Source: Eledone cirrhosa (Eukaryota). Taken from it: a DNA stretch of 64,000 nt. Below are positions 1-13,784 of this stretch, one piece after another (positions within the stretch are counted from its first letter, which is position 1; each line of letters opens with the position of its first letter). The notes beneath the pieces were generated by a model, which did not search any database, was not told the DNA's origin, and saw nothing but the letters and a program-made list of their open reading frames with translations. Where the stretch lies: positions 8,804,001 through 8,868,000 of the forward strand of contig OZ024747.1 in the NCBI GenBank assembly GCA_964016885.1, given 5' to 3'. A program made the translations under genes and the position numbers.

Positions 1-1702
1 CTAGAAAATCCTTTGCGACAGACATTACATTTGAATGGTTTATCATTTGAAAGTCCTGTTTTGTTATCACTATGACAATGGTGCTGAGACTGGTTTTGAG
101 AAAATGGTTTGTTTGGTGGATCAAAGTTAAATTGATTCCCCATCGGATACAATGACTGAGCCGAATACATAATTTGATTCTTAAAGAGATCTCTTGAGTC
201 TTCTTGAACTTTTAATACTTGAAATTGCTTTTAAATCATAAGATATGAGTGACTCAAAACCAGGAATGGAGACAGGTTTGCTGAATCAAACCCTCACCAT
301 ACAGATCCAACCAAGTAATTACCAGAAGCTGAAAATAAAATGGTAAACATGTTACAAGTAACCATCATTAGTAGATTAACTCGATCAAATATGTATGCAT
401 ATGTGTATGAGTGTTCATGTGTGTGACAGAGTGTGTTACATGTGTGTCTGCATGCATGTATGTGTGCATAAGTGTATGTGTACATAAGTGTAAGAAAAAT
501 AAAGTGTTATGTATACTTGTGTATACATGTGTACATATGTGTGAGAGAGAAAAAACATTTATGTGTGCTTATGTGTATGTGTGTGTTGGAGATGGTATCT
601 GCTCCTTTGAAATAGTGAGCTGCATAACTGATCTACCCAGATCTACCTTACACTCCTCCATATATTCCCCATATTGTGAGTCACCTCCCTGACCTTATAC
701 TAAACACTTCAACCAGTTCTTCTTCCCCTTCTCTAAAATGCCTCCACCTACCTTTTACATTAAGTTACTATCTAAATAATGAAATAATTGATGATTTTAG
801 TAAACCCCTCAAAATTCTGTACAAGTATTAGTTTAAAAAGTTGAAATCTGTCCTAAGCCTGGAGGCTTGTCTGGTTAGAATGTATTCCACTTTTTGGGGC
901 ACTAAGTGACTGAGAATACATACTTCCCCACCACCAATGCCTGGACACGACACAAGTCCATTACAAGTTTAACCCCTAACTGCTGCTGTTGGTATTCATT
1001 TTCAGCTGAGCTGACAGAAGCAATGTGATAAAGAGTATTATACTTAAGAACACCATAGACCACATGGTCCACAAATCAAACTCACATTATGATCATGAGC
1101 CTAAAACCTAAGATCTAGTTAAGGTTAAAGCTAGTTTCAATGTCCCAATGGTAACTACTATTTCCAATACTCACTCATTTATTGCATATTTTTTAACAAA
1201 TTTGTACTTTTTTTCTGTTATCCAATCCAATACAGAGCTTTCTCACTCCTGTTAGAGGAACTCCTCCCTAGTTGACATCCACCACTTTCTGTTTGGTTTG
1301 GGGTTATGTTAGGGGTGTAGCTGTTCTCACCACACTTGGCCAATTTAAACCATAGTAGGAATCGATAGCTGTTGACTCTTCTATTTAATACCTTTTTGTA
1401 GTATGTCAATGGAGTGTATTGGTTATCGTCTGTAGTTAGTCAGGTTACAGACTGGAGGCCATAGCAATACGTAAGGCTTCATATCTGCCATAGTACAAGA
1501 TATGAAGCCATTTCTATAAGTTATCTCATGCAGAGACCCACCTGTTATGATCTTCACTTGACTATATCTTGTGAGTGAACTTTGACAGTCCATCTTAAAG
1601 GTCTATATCGATAGTGTGACTCTTCCAAGTGATGTTAACAAGCATCTGTAACACGTGAGGGGATGCATTCTGTCTAGGTGATTTTTAACTCTGTAACAAC
1701 TA

Positions 1703-1917
1703 AATCATCATGGTCATCACCATCACACCTACCACCACCACCATCATCATCACCACCACCACCACTGCCACCACCATCGTCATTGCCACCACCACCACCA
1801 TCATCATCATCATTATCATTATCATCATCCCCACCACCACCACCACCATCATCTTCATCATCATTCTCATTGTCACCATCCCCACTACCACCACCACCAT
1901 GATCATCCCCCCCCCCC
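1703..1917. repeat. (CAT/CAC)n compound trinucleotide microsatellite
   Basis: Direct reading. Confidence 0.9.
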
Positions 1918-1924
1918 GGTCTGT

Positions 1925-2890
1925 GCTACCCCCATTTTCCCAGCTTTTCCACGCCTGTCTCTTGGCTTTAATGACTCTATCCAGTGTTCTGTTCCACCAC
2001 CAGGTCACCCTGTCAGGCTGGTACTTTATCCCAGCCACAAGTCTCCTTAGTAGTTTACAAAAGGTTGTCATGTAGGAAATTCCAGTTGTCCTCTATGTTA
2101 TATGTACCTAACACATCACTCCTCTCATATATTGCATCCTGTAGGGCCTTTCTAAACCTATATTTAATTGAAAGGTCCTTTAGCTTCCACCCACTTATCT
2201 TCATATTTTTCTGCATATCTTGTTGTCTTGAGTTTATTTTGATGACTCTAATAACTCAGTTGTGTAGGGCAGCACATTCTTCCTTAAGGAAGGCCTTAGT
2301 GTTTGTTACAGTCTATTTATCTTGTCTTATGAGTAAATAATCAATTTGGCTTGTGTGTTCACCTAATTAATGAGATCAGGTGGCTGGTTTCCTGAAATTT
2401 GTGTTGCAAATGGTTAGTTCATTTGCATCACAGAATTCCAGGAGCCTCAATCCCTCTTCATTTCTTGAGCCATAATCATAGCCACCATGAACTCCATAAA
2501 TCCATCCTGGTATTACCCCACAGGTTCATTGCCAGGATGATGACGCATCTTTCATCAGTACATGAGGTTGTCTAAAAACTTCCTCATAGAACATATCTTT
2601 TTGGTCTTTACTTAGTCCTACCTGTGAAACATAGGTATATGTAATGTTACCATTCTATCTCCTACAGCTATTCTAAGCTTGATAATTCTGTCACTTAATC
2701 TAACTACCTCTATCACCTTATCTATTCATTTCTCAGCTTATAAGATGCCTATACCTCCCACCCCATCGTCATCTCCTATCAAGTAGAGTTTAATATCTAA
2801 AATGTTTGCCTGTGATTAGTCTTCTCCCTAATAATTCCACCTGATTTACCTTTCAGGGTGCCAACATTGAGGGTGGTAGTCCTGAGATTT
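1925..2890 (-). mobile_element. RTE-clade LINE fragment (apurinic endonuclease region), decayed
   Basis: Minus-strand peptides TTLNVGTLKGKSG, HGGYDYGSRNEEGLRLLEFCDANELTICNTNFRKP and TWWWN...KAKRQAWKSW, interrupted by stops and frameshifts. Confidence 0.75.
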
Positions 2891-2917
2891 GAACCTTAAC
2901 ATGTGTTACTTCCTTGA

Positions 2918-3243
2918 TATATATGTGTGCGTGTGTATGTATTTATACATACATATGCAGACACACACATACATATGTGTGTGTGTGTATGTATTTATAC
3001 CTACATATGCAGACACACACATATATATATATGTGTGTGTATGTATTTATACATACATGTGCAGACACACACATACATATGTGTGTGTGTGTATGTATTT
3101 ATACCTACATATGCAGACACACACATATATATATGTGTGTGTATGTATTTATACATACATATGCAGACACACACATATATATATGTGTGTGTGTATGTAT
3201 TTATACATACATATGCAGACACACACATATATATATATGTGTG
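2918..3243. repeat. About 56-bp minisatellite, about 6 copies, followed by an RTE/SINE tail and (TA)n
   Basis: Unit tgtgtatgtatttatac(a/c)tacatatgcagacacacacata... Confidence 0.85.
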
Positions 3244-3293
3244 TCATCATCATCATCGTTTTACGTCCATTTTTCCATGCTGGCATATGTATA

Positions 3294-3388
<95 letters not shown>

Positions 3389-3554
3389 CTGTTTATGCAC
3401 AAACAGACACATATATAATTATGAATGGCTTTCCAAAGAAAACCAGAAGAGAAGCAGTTAAATAAAGAATTCAATGCCTCAGTAGGGAAGGTATATATTG
3501 ATTTCATATAAAGATAAAACTATTCTTGTCCTGCAGGAGTAATTTTTTTTTTGT

Positions 3555-3611
<57 letters not shown>

Positions 3612-4223
3612 GTATATATATATGTATATATATGGATAGACAGATAGAATAAATAAATAGATAGATAGATAGATAAATTTGGTGAAAAGACCGTTAGCTA
3701 TATGGATGGACGGATGTGTGGATGAATGGCTGAATAGAGAGATATATAGACAGATAGATAGATAGACAGATAGATATATAGACAGATAGATAGATAGGCA
3801 GATGAACAGGTAGATGGATAAGTCGATGGATAGCTAGATAGATAGACAGACATACAGACAGACTGATCAATATATAGATAGATAGATGAACTAATGGAAA
3901 AATAGTTAGATAGATAAATTGGCTGTCGGTATTACTGCTTCAACAGGTAAATATTTGCGGTTTTGAATGAAAAGCCATTTAGCATAAAATGACATAATAT
4001 TTTGATTATAGTCAGAGGGAACAGGTAGTATATGGAGGGGGAGAGAGCGGATGAAAGCGTAAAACGAACGGTAAAGTTTAAAAAAAGTTAAAACAGTGAA
4101 ATATAAAGAACGGTGTGGGGGTGTAACAATAAAGGGGAAGGGGTGTACAAGAGTGGGAGTGGGAGTTAGAAGAAAAAAAAGAGTGAAAGTATAAGGTGAT
4201 GCTAAATGGAGGTAGGAGGAGGG

Positions 4224-4600
4224 TGTTACTAGACACATCACTTTACCGACCTGAGCGTTAGCCGACATATGAAGCAAATACAATTTCACTTAGTCGTTTC
4301 CTTAGGAGTCGACCTTATAACCGGAGCGCTGCTAACAGGGTAGATTAGAAACAAACACAGTTGCACAGTGGGGAAGAAAATAATACGACACACAGACAGA
4401 CTGAAATATTTTTATTTACTACATTTTTTTGCAACAAGAACTAACAATGAAATCACTCTCGCGACAACGGGTGTGGACCAAGGGAAGTAACTTGCAGTTG
4501 CAGCAGTTTCTCTATGCTTTTCCTCACGGCAAACTAACTTATTATAGTGAAGAAACCATGGGATCCGATCAAACTAGTGATGGTCTGCTTCGGCAGACAT
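4224..4600 (-). mobile_element. Possible solo-LTR remnant
   Basis: Minus strand has AATAAA followed by a GT-rich tract and ends in TAACA; the same layout and spacing occur at 38647-39020. Other end and TSD not resolved. Confidence 0.35.
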
Positions 4601-4994
4601 TAAGTACACACTGTTAAAAAATGAAATAAATTGATCTGATCTGCCATAAGGAAGAGGAAAAGGTTCATTGTTTCAAGCAGTTGCTTACAGTTAGGTGCGG
4701 ATGTAGCTTGCATATGGGTCCTCTGACTGAAAATTTAATCGGGGCTCTTGAGTATTATGATAGCCAAAGAAATCAATTACATCCCCCCACAACACACACA
4801 CTACTATTGGAATTTACTATTTTTCCTGGTGCATTCCGTTACTACTGTTTTTGCATTTTACTATTTCTCTCATTGAACTCCTTACTTGAAGGATATATAA
4901 ACTTCAACACATGCATACTTATATCCATATTAATTAAATAAATATTTAACATGAAAATATAGAATCAAAACGAAAGAACATATTAAGTGAACAC

Positions 4995-5230
4995 AAAGTG
5001 TGTCAATCGGTCACACGCCACAAGGGATGCCGGGGCCTCCCTTTAATACTTTTTAAGGCAAGCCAATACACTGACAGCGTTACCACAGGTGATAGCATGA
5101 CTAAGGCGCTGGGACAACCAAGCGCCCTCACTGGCAACACCTGATACCTCTGTAAGGTGAGTCGCCAACGATGATAAGATCTTCATTGTCAGCGGCCCAG
5201 CTCCTCCAAATGACTCTAACATCACAGGTT
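4995..5230 (-). mobile_element. CRE-like non-LTR retrotransposon 3-prime fragment (restriction-like endonuclease C-terminus)
   Basis: Peptide LESFGGAG...WLSQRLSHAITCGNAVSVLACL matches the E-x-x-G...Q-R-L-S-x-A-I-x-x-G-N end of CRE-type ORFs; a short 3-prime UTR follows. Confidence 0.6.
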
Positions 5231-5499
5231 GGAAAAATAGTTTGTCGATAGTTCGTTCTGTAGGTTAATAATATGAGCGCCGACATGACTTTATTGTTAA
5301 AAACTATTTCTCTGGGCGATATTTTAGGCAAGTGTCAAACAAAGCTTTGTGAGTAAAATTGAGGACCGCTTCTGTTCATGATTGGTAGACTTAATTCATC
5401 AGTGTCAAACACCACCACCTGGCCCTTCTGTACATTTAATGGAATTCACTCTGAAAAGGACAACTTCCTCTCACCAATCAGTGGTTTTCAAAACACTAC

Positions 5500-5625
5500 C
5501 CAACTGTTTCAGAGTCCTAGCCTCGCCATCGCCCGCGATAATGCTACGAGCGTGTTGGCTTGCCTCGAAATTTTTCGATGACCCTTATGGTGTGTGACCG
5601 ATTGACCCACTAGGTGGTGATTTGA
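5500..5625 (+). mobile_element. CRE-like 3-prime fragment, inverted relative to 4995-5230
   Basis: Peptide LFQSPSLAIARDNATSVLACL and shared UTR gtgtgaccgattgac. Confidence 0.55.
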
Positions 5626-5744
5626 TGGGTTTTTTATTCTCGCTTTGATTACATGTGTATTATATTTATAAGGTTCTTAGTAATAATTAATTGATTATAT
5701 CTATGTACTTCTATACAAAGAAAAAATGTTCACGCAGATCATAT

Positions 5745-6390
5745 CTGATGGTAGGCCTTGGTTAGAGTTGGCGAATCTTTCGGCGCAGCTTTTTATCCTC
5801 TTCAGCTCTCTCACGATTTTGCTTCAAAATGTTTTGCTCTCCTCTTATTAAGATGGAGCTCAGCTGTTCTGTATGGTGAGCTGTTCCCAGTATTTGGGGT
5901 TAATGTTGGTGCTCTTTATCGTCTGTTTCAACTGATCTTGGTAGCGTTGCATGGGGTGGCCATGAGATCTCTTGTCTGTGCAGAGTTTGCTGTAGAGGAT
6001 TTGACGTGACAGTTTGATGCTATCCATGCAGTGGGCATGACATGTCCATCTATGGCGATGTGTGATGATGATGCCCTCAAATTTGTTGGCTTTGGCTAGT
6101 TCGAGGACTGCAAGGTTGGTGACATAGTCCTCATTTGATGCACATAATTGATCGAAGTTTATGCTGGTGAAATCGTTCCAGTTTTCGGATATCCCGGCAG
6201 TTCAAGGTCCATGTTTCACAACTGTAAAGTGAAAACAATTACGGCTTCGTTTGTAGTTTCAAGCTTTTGTTTCCGAAGACCCGGTGGAAGAGTTTTTCAA
6301 AAGAGATATGGCTAGCTCGGACCCTGTTCTCCACATTTTGCTCGGAGTTAGAGTCCTGTTGGTCAGTCTTTGCCGTTGAAGCGGTATCTG
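5745..6390 (-). mobile_element. RTE/BovB-like LINE 3-prime fragment
   Basis: Minus-strand peptide VENRVRASHISFEKLFHRVFGNKSLKLQTK plus a decayed downstream C-terminal region typical of the RTE ORF end. Confidence 0.6.
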
Positions 6391-6394
6391 AACT

Positions 6395-6530
6395 GTACAC
6401 CAGCGACAGCGAAGTTAAGGTGCTGGAATAGCCAAACATTGTCATGAGCATCACCTGATACTTCAGTAAAGATAGCCACCAACAATGACAAATCCCTCGT
6501 TGTCAGTGACCGAGCTTCAACGTATCGATC
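6395..6530 (-). mobile_element. CRE-like endonuclease fragment
   Basis: Minus-strand peptide TEVSGDAHDNVWLFQHLNFAV, homologous to TEVSGVASEGAWLSQRLSHAI near 5100. Confidence 0.5.
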
Positions 6531-6812
6531 GGCAATGATGATGATAAATTCCTATTATATATGCATAGAGCCCTTCCAAATGACCTGCTTACTCATTTGT
6601 TTAATAAATAAATCTAATCCATTGTTTCTGAAGATAGACAGTCGAATTAATGTGCTTTTTTATGCTGATTGTATAGTCACAGCATGACTACCATCGATTA
6701 GTCTGCACATCGATAATTTTGCTTCCTGAAACGATTCATGAAATAATGAATTAGTTAACTACTTCACCTTGTTTTTTTAATTATTATATATTCATTTTAT
6801 TAAGGCAAAAGA

Positions 6813-6859
6813 GTCTTGTTACTCTATAGTTTCGCCTGTTTATCACAGGGTCATCAGAC
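6813..6859 (-). ncRNA. Degenerate hammerhead-like motif (Penelope-like remnant)
   Basis: Minus strand gt-CTGATGA-cCCTGTgataaACAGGc-GAAA-ctatagaGTA-ac. The first pair of stem II is mismatched and stem I is cut short by an adjacent (TA)n. Confidence 0.4.
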
Positions 6860-6904
6860 TATATATATATACTACTCAAATACCAAGGTTTATCGGTAAA
6901 TTGC

Positions 6905-7930
6905 ATTGTTCAATCGTGTAACACTCGAGATGTTCAGAGGAGCTGGTTTGTTGACAATGAAGTTTGTGTCATTGTTGTCCATGCTGAAGAATCAGATGAT
7001 GCTCATGAAGGTACTTGACTATTCCAGTGCCTCATCCTCGCTATCATATGCGGTAACCTTTGTTAGCCGCTCTCCAGCCATCTATTTAAAACTGTATACA
7101 GCTATGGTGCGACCACACTTGGAATTCACATCATCAGTCTGGAACCCCTATCTTGCTCAGAACATTGACCTCCTGGAAACTGTTCAGAGACGTGCAACCA
7201 AGCGCATACCCTCCATCAGACACCTACCATACTCTGAACGCCTTGCTTCCCTGGGCATGGATTCATTGAAGCTCCGACGTCTGGCAATGGACTTGGTGAA
7301 TACCCACAAAGTTTTTAACCATCTCGCCAATTGCAACCCTGAGCGCCTCTTTGATCTCCATGTGTCTAACACACGTGGACATGCCTACAAGATCAGAAAA
7401 CAGCACAGCTCCCATGACTTCGTAGACATTTTTTCACGCTCAGAGTTGCTGAAGCATGGAACAAACTGCCTGCGTCAATTGTTAGCTGCCGAGACACTGC
7501 ATCCTTTAAGACACTCATGCTTCCCGAAATACGCCAAAACTACACCTGATGTACCCCTTCCATACACATGCACACATGTGTGTATCATGACTCGTGCACT
7601 GTTCATTTTACTGATGTTTGTGCATTGCCCTATGTACTGTACATGCACTTTTTTTATGAGTTGTGGTGCACCTGGGCACTGTACACAATATTTCATTATT
7701 GTTATTATTATTATATCATGACTCATACACTGTTCATTTTCCTGACATTTGTACATTATTCTATGTACTATACATGCACCTTTGATGAGTTGTAGTGCAC
7801 CTGAGCACTGTACACAATAATTTCATTATTATTATTATTATTATTATTAATACCGAATCTTGGTTTGTCTCAAAAATGCTTTGAAGGCAATACCAGCATA
7901 CCGTATTGTGTGTAATTGAGTGTGTCATAT
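6905..7930 (+). mobile_element. CRE-like fragment split by a nested CR1 insertion
   Basis: 6905-7055 encodes LEMFRGAG...LFQCLILAIICGN; similarity resumes after the CR1 tail at about 7848 (ttggtttgtctcaaaa versus ttggcttgcctcgaaa). Confidence 0.5.
7056..7850 (+). mobile_element. CR1-clade LINE 3-prime fragment with duplicated 3-prime UTR/(TAT)n tail
   Basis: Peptide LYTAMVRPHLEFTSSVWNPY...LETVQRRATK...TRGHAYKI, highly similar to 19624-20245. The UTR plus tail occurs twice (about 7585-7715 and 7716-7850). Confidence 0.9.
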
Positions 7931-10363
7931 CTTCATCCTGATTTATTTTTTTATTGATTTGTTTGTTTACTAAATTATAAACGTTATATAATTTAACATA
8001 CACCATTTGCTTGTTGAATAAAATGTTTCTACGATAATTCTTTATTGTTATCTAAGAATATTACTACTTATCTGTTTTAAACCTCTTGATACCATCTCGT
8101 ATGAAACCTACTCTGGTTTTATGATACAAATCTGCTCATTTTAACGTCGTTGTGTTATGTTCAAACCTTCCATCATTTTATTTAAGGAATGTTTAAGTGA
8201 TATTCCGAGCATAAGCTTAATAATGAAAAAGCTAATTGTTAAATTCCTTCAAAATTAATTGAAACATATATGCAGTTTCCTTTTTTCTTCTTAATTTTTA
8301 CATTTGAAATACTGTAACGCATAGATTAATTCAAGTAAGTTGTGCTCATTTCTGTTTCTAATTCAAGTCGGATATATTTCCAGACGTAAACTTACACCGG
8401 TTGGTAGGCGAATTTCTTCGGTAATTTTTCTGCATCCATTAATTTTGCTCTTTTCATAATTCTTACCTATTTGTAATAATTTTTATATTTAATTTACGGT
8501 TGCCTTTATTATTCTTTCAGTCTTTCGAGAAGTTTTGTCATTTTCTTTCAAGAAATAGCAGTACACTCTCCAAAATCCGGCGACTGTAAAGGATAGAAAC
8601 TGTAATTATTATTTATTTTTTTATATTTTTCTCATCTTTTTAACAATATATTTAAGTAAAAGGAGCCTTTTCTTTTCGCTTTAGTTGACCTAGCTGTTCC
8701 TCCAACACAGCGCTCCACTTACCGTCCGGCATTTTTTTTTTTTTTCCAATTATCTCTTTTCTAAAGAAAGGTATCATTTAAAGCTATAATTATGGGCGAA
8801 TTTGAGTAACGTTTTTTTTTTTAATTTCTGTTCCTATTTTATTTCATGTTCTGTATGTAGCTAGTAGGCCATATTTTTCAGCCTACTTCTTCATTTTTTT
8901 TTTGTTAGGATTTTGTGATCTTTCAAATTACACATGTAAATCTTAACTATTCATATATATAGGCGCGCGCACATTTATGGATGTATGTAAGAGAGACAGG
9001 TACTTGTCTGTGTGTAGGAGAGAAATGTACTTGTATGTGTGAGAGATATACTTGTCTGTCTGTGTGTGGGGGGAGGAAATAGAAATGTACTTGTCAGTAT
9101 GTGGTGGGAGGATAGAGTTGTACTGTCTGTGTGTGAAAGAGAGAGGTGTATTGACTGTGGGGGAAAGAAAAGGATGTACTTGTCTATGTGTGTGTGGGAA
9201 AGTGAAACGGTGTTTGTTTGTGTGTGTGTGAGAGAGAGAGTGTGTGAAGAGGTATTTGTGTCTGATGACAATGTTTGATAGTGCTGTTAGGGGAAAAATT
9301 GACAACGAAGCGCTAAAACCGTGGAACTTGGAAAATAATCATCAGACTAGCTTAGTCAATGCACCATAAAAATTGGAAAATATAATAGGAGTAAAAAAGA
9401 ACCCTGTGTAAGTAGTGTAAACAAATTATTGTCGAATTTATGTTAAGTTTTGGAAAACAGTTACTTTCTTCTAAAAGATGCTTTACTCACTCTCATCTAT
9501 TTTTTGTGTAGAGAAAAGAACGTTAATTAATGAAACAAAATATTCTTTGTGTTGTTAAGATGTCGCCGTTGTTTTCATCTAAGATGAAGCATCTGTATAA
9601 TACTATTTTTTAGACATTGTCATAAAACTTTGCTTTAAACAGATTTTTTTTTTTTTTGCATTTGATGATAGATAAACATTACTTGCTTCCTTTAAAGTTA
9701 CACTGACTAAGTAAGTCTATATAGTAAATTTATAATAATGTGCTTCTTTTAAAGCCCTTTAATAAGTCGGATCTGTATCTATACATAAAAGTTGTGTTTA
9801 TTTTTATTTGAAAATATATATTATACAATTACATAGCTCATTTAAGCATGTTCTTTGTAGTACACTGGATCATTTCATCTATAGTATATACAGTATGTAT
9901 ATATATATAGTAGTTTGTTTAAAAACCTTTAATAAGTCGGATGTGTTTCTTTACATAGACGTTTAATTTATTCTTCTAAGATGTAAGGACAGTAGAGTGT
10001 AAATTTCATTTTTTCAAATGAAAAGAGACAGTGATTTCGAAGTTTAAGTTTGGTCGATTCAGACACACACATACACATGGAGTTATGAAGTTCCAGAAAT
10101 AAGTACCCTACTTAAATGGTCATAACTTTTTTTTATTCGGAATTTTAATTTCTATTTCAAACTCCTCCCGCAAGAATGTTTTCAGTTTTGGCTGCTATTT
10201 CTAGTATGTCGAAATACCAAGTAGAATCCCCCTTGTTAGTTCGTGGGAAATTGCAGAAGGGTTTAATTATATATTTTAAACATGAAAATTATATATATGT
10301 ATAACTCGATATTATATCTTTTATGTGATACGCTTGTATATCATATTTTATAAATAATAAATC

Positions 10364-10801
10364 CGCGGCAAAGTGATTAAAAAAACTGCCGTTATAGTGA
10401 CGTTTATGCCATTTTCTGATGCGTTATTTGGTAGGTTTCTCAGTTCAAATTCCGTCTGGGTCAACTTTAACCGTTCATCCTTCCGGATGTGGAAAGGGTC
10501 GTTAAGATAAAGTACCAGTTAAGTACTGTTGTCGAGCTAATCAACGGTACCATACTTTCCTCTGCTATATGTGTCGACATACTTCCTTCCTTGGACCCTC
10601 GACACTTAATGGAGTCGTGGAGCGCCGTCTTAGGCATTTTAAACGCCAACAGAGTCCATCCCCTTTCCATGTCTGAATAAGGTTGATTTTTTTTCCGAAT
10701 TAAGAGAAATTGACCCCGAAAGGGTGGATGAAAGTCAAAGTTGATCTCGGCGGGATTGGAACTGAATACATCAAAGCACACATTCTACCAACTCGCTGCC
10801 T
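10364..10801. mobile_element. Two tRNA-derived SINE copies in inverted orientation (+10364-10545, -10570-10801)
   Basis: B-box gttcaaat(t/c)ccg followed by the family core caactttgcctttcatcc...gtcgataaaataaagtaccag on opposite strands. Confidence 0.7.
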
Positions 10802-11298
10802 TTGCTTTTCTATAAAGTGTTTTAAAATATTGGAGCTCACCAGAATATCCCCATCCCCTCGACCGATGAATTAATGTACATAAGAGTATATAATCCGAAC
10901 TAATTTATCCCAAATTAGGGTTATGGTTAGTTAATTCATGATTTCTATTTGTATGGTTGTCAAAACAGGAGTCAATTAAAGGAATTAACCCCAATTTGGA
11001 ATAAATTATTTCAGATAATAAAATGTCTTTATATTCATTTATCATGAAAGCTGAGGCTATTCTGGAGAAACACCAAAATATTCGCCAGTTTAACCCACCC
11101 CACCCTCGATCACTGAAACTATTCTACTACATCTTTTAAAAGTCAGTTGGTTCACCAGTTCTTATAAGATGGGAGAGGAGAGAGTTGCTTTTAGCTTCTT
11201 TTCTCTTTTTTATTATAATTCGATTCGTATCAAGGATGCTTTATCATTAACAATACAGCTCGAAATAAAAAAAGGAAAATATCTCGTTGCATTCTCCG

Positions 11299-11334
<36 letters not shown>

Positions 11335-11566
11335 ATAGAACCAGTTTGAAACTGGTTAAACCATTATTCAAAAGAGTACTCGATATTTGGGCTAGTAGTG
11401 TAATCGGGACCCGACGGCTGAGCTCTTACCGTTAATAAGTTTATGTATACATAGGTCTCCTTGAGGGTATTTTAAACTGATCACAATCGTAGCTTAAAAT
11501 ACCCACAGCGAGACTTGTGTATGTTTATAGTACTTAAACATATATATATATATACTTTCATATACG

Positions 11567-11642
<76 letters not shown>

Positions 11643-12887
11643 TGTGTGTGTGATTTTAAATGAATGGAACAGTCTCACAGAAATCAGAAATAAATTATGT
11701 ACCTTTTCTATTCAATGTACTGAGTACACGGAAAACTATATATATATATATATACTCTTTGATTTCTTTTTCCAAATGCTGTTGGGTTTATTTATTTATT
11801 TCAGTGAATGGGGAAGACACCGTTTACTATTTATGTCTGTCTCGTATATTTATAATCGAACACGGATCTATTTTTAGTTACACATACACATATATGCTGT
11901 AGCACACACGCACACATATTGTCATTCTGTCAAATTCTGTTGTAATAACTGAAACCAGTAAAGAAATGTGTTCGTTGTTCGAAGACCAGGAATATCGTAA
12001 ATCAGGGTAACACTTGATGTATATTAAGTTGCAGACTTACATATGTGGTATAACCCCAATGAGGTGGGCCCACTGTTGAGACTATACCTTCTTCATCATC
12101 ATCGTTTAACGTCCATCTTCCACGCTAGCATGGGTTAGGCGGGATTGTCCCACTTGAGGCAAGATTGGTCGGGTGACTGTCTCGCTCGTACAGAACTGTA
12201 TCTGGCAGGTTTTCTACGACTGGATGCCCTTCCTAAAACCAACATTTACATTGTGGACCCCTTATGTGTATTTATACACATACAGCCTTCCTCTATACAT
12301 ACCAACATATAGATGAACATGATGATTCTATCTTTATAGTCTTAATGACTTCAGACTCATTCAATTTCATATTGTATTTTTCACTTTCATTTTAATTACC
12401 TAAATCGAAACATCCCCTTCCATACTCTGTTGCTTTACATTGAGGATTCAAGAGTGGCCTCTGGTATATTTCATTATCACAAAGCATGTCCAATCAAAAT
12501 CTTTGCAAATATCAAGTTGTTAACTGGCAAAATCTACACATTTGCTATTGGCCATTCATGATTTCCTCTCTCTGCTAGATTACTACTTTCATATCAACCC
12601 TACTACTTGTTTAACTCTGGTACATATTTCATAAATCTCTATTTGTTGAACTAACATTCTCAGTGGTGTCGATATAAACAGACATACACTCATAAACACA
12701 CACACACACGTAAATATATGCCGTGTGTATCTTTGTTTTTAGAAGAGGTACACTGTATTCCTGTGTATGTAGACATTAGGAAGGGCATCCAGTTGTAATA
12801 CAATGTCTCAAATCAATGCCACCATGGAAAAGTGGACATAAAAACGATGATACACACACATGCATGCAACGAAAATGCCATTTTTCT

Positions 12888-13391
12888 CTGCTAAAGCAAG
12901 GATTAATATAGGCTTCATGCTCACAACAGGGTCCTTTTTGAAGCAATGTTTTATGATCAGATGCACTTTCTGGCTCCAACCCAATTAGTCGCCTCTTATA
13001 ACACACAGTGAGGCTGCTAAAGCAAGGGTTAATATAGGCTTCATGCTCACAACAGGGTCCTTTTTGAAGCAATGTTTTATGATCAGATGCACTTTCTGGC
13101 TCCAACCCAATTAGTCGCCTCTTATAACACACAGTGAGGCTGCTAAAGCAAGGGTTAATATAGGCTTCATGCTCACAACAGGGTCCTTTTTGAAGCAATG
13201 TTTTATGATCAGATGCACTTTCTGGCTCCAACCCAATTAGTCGCCTCTTATAACACACAGTGAGGCTGCTAAAGCAAGGGTTAATATAGGCTTCATGCTC
13301 ACAACAGGGTCCTTTTTGAAGCAATGTTTTATGATCAGATGCACTTTCTGGCTCCAACCCAATTTGTCGCCTCTTATAACACACAGTGAGG
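12888..13391. repeat. 126-bp tandem repeat, 4 near-identical copies
   Basis: Units start at 12888, 13014, 13140 and 13266; only 2 substitutions seen. Confidence 0.95.
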
Positions 13392-13784
13392 CATACAGTG
13401 TACTTATTCTAAGATGGGTGCACACAGGAAATATATATATAGTTGAAAAACTATTTGCTTTTCTTATGAAAAGGCTACCACTGCAAATTAACTATAGTAT
13501 ATTGTTGAATAAGTCAGGTAAATTACCCTAGGAGACAGAAAAAAAATAGACAGAGATACCTATAATTTTGTGCACTTATGATAAAGCATAAAACAGTTGT
13601 AGTTATATTTCTTGAATAGTCGATATAACCTTTTCATTACCAAACTGTCTGAAACTGTTATAAACAAGGTGTACTGGGTGCATTTTATGGCATCAAATGG
13701 CACCAAATATTATTTGAAATGCCGACTATTTTTGTTGGATTAATAGTAAAATTTGTGTGAATTTCAATATTTTTGGATAGTTCT

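Noticed and set aside
6906-7721. 271-aa ORF as a host gene
   Set aside because: Chance in-frame fusion of a CRE-like fragment with a nested CR1 3-prime end.
9261-9348. Other CTGATGA/TCATCAG hits (also near 2552, 5396, 26760, 28089, 53952)
   Set aside because: No properly placed stem II plus GAAA and UH, so not hammerheads.
8380-9720. Candidate promoter and first exon of ZNF-A (CpG-containing stretch, donor-like sites at about 8771 and 9711)
   Set aside because: Plausible, but several alternatives fit equally well without transcript data.
12776-13384. 202-aa minus-strand ORF with 42-aa repeats
   Set aside because: A 126-bp unit without a stop stays open automatically when repeated; no recognisable domain, and the start codon is not ATG.
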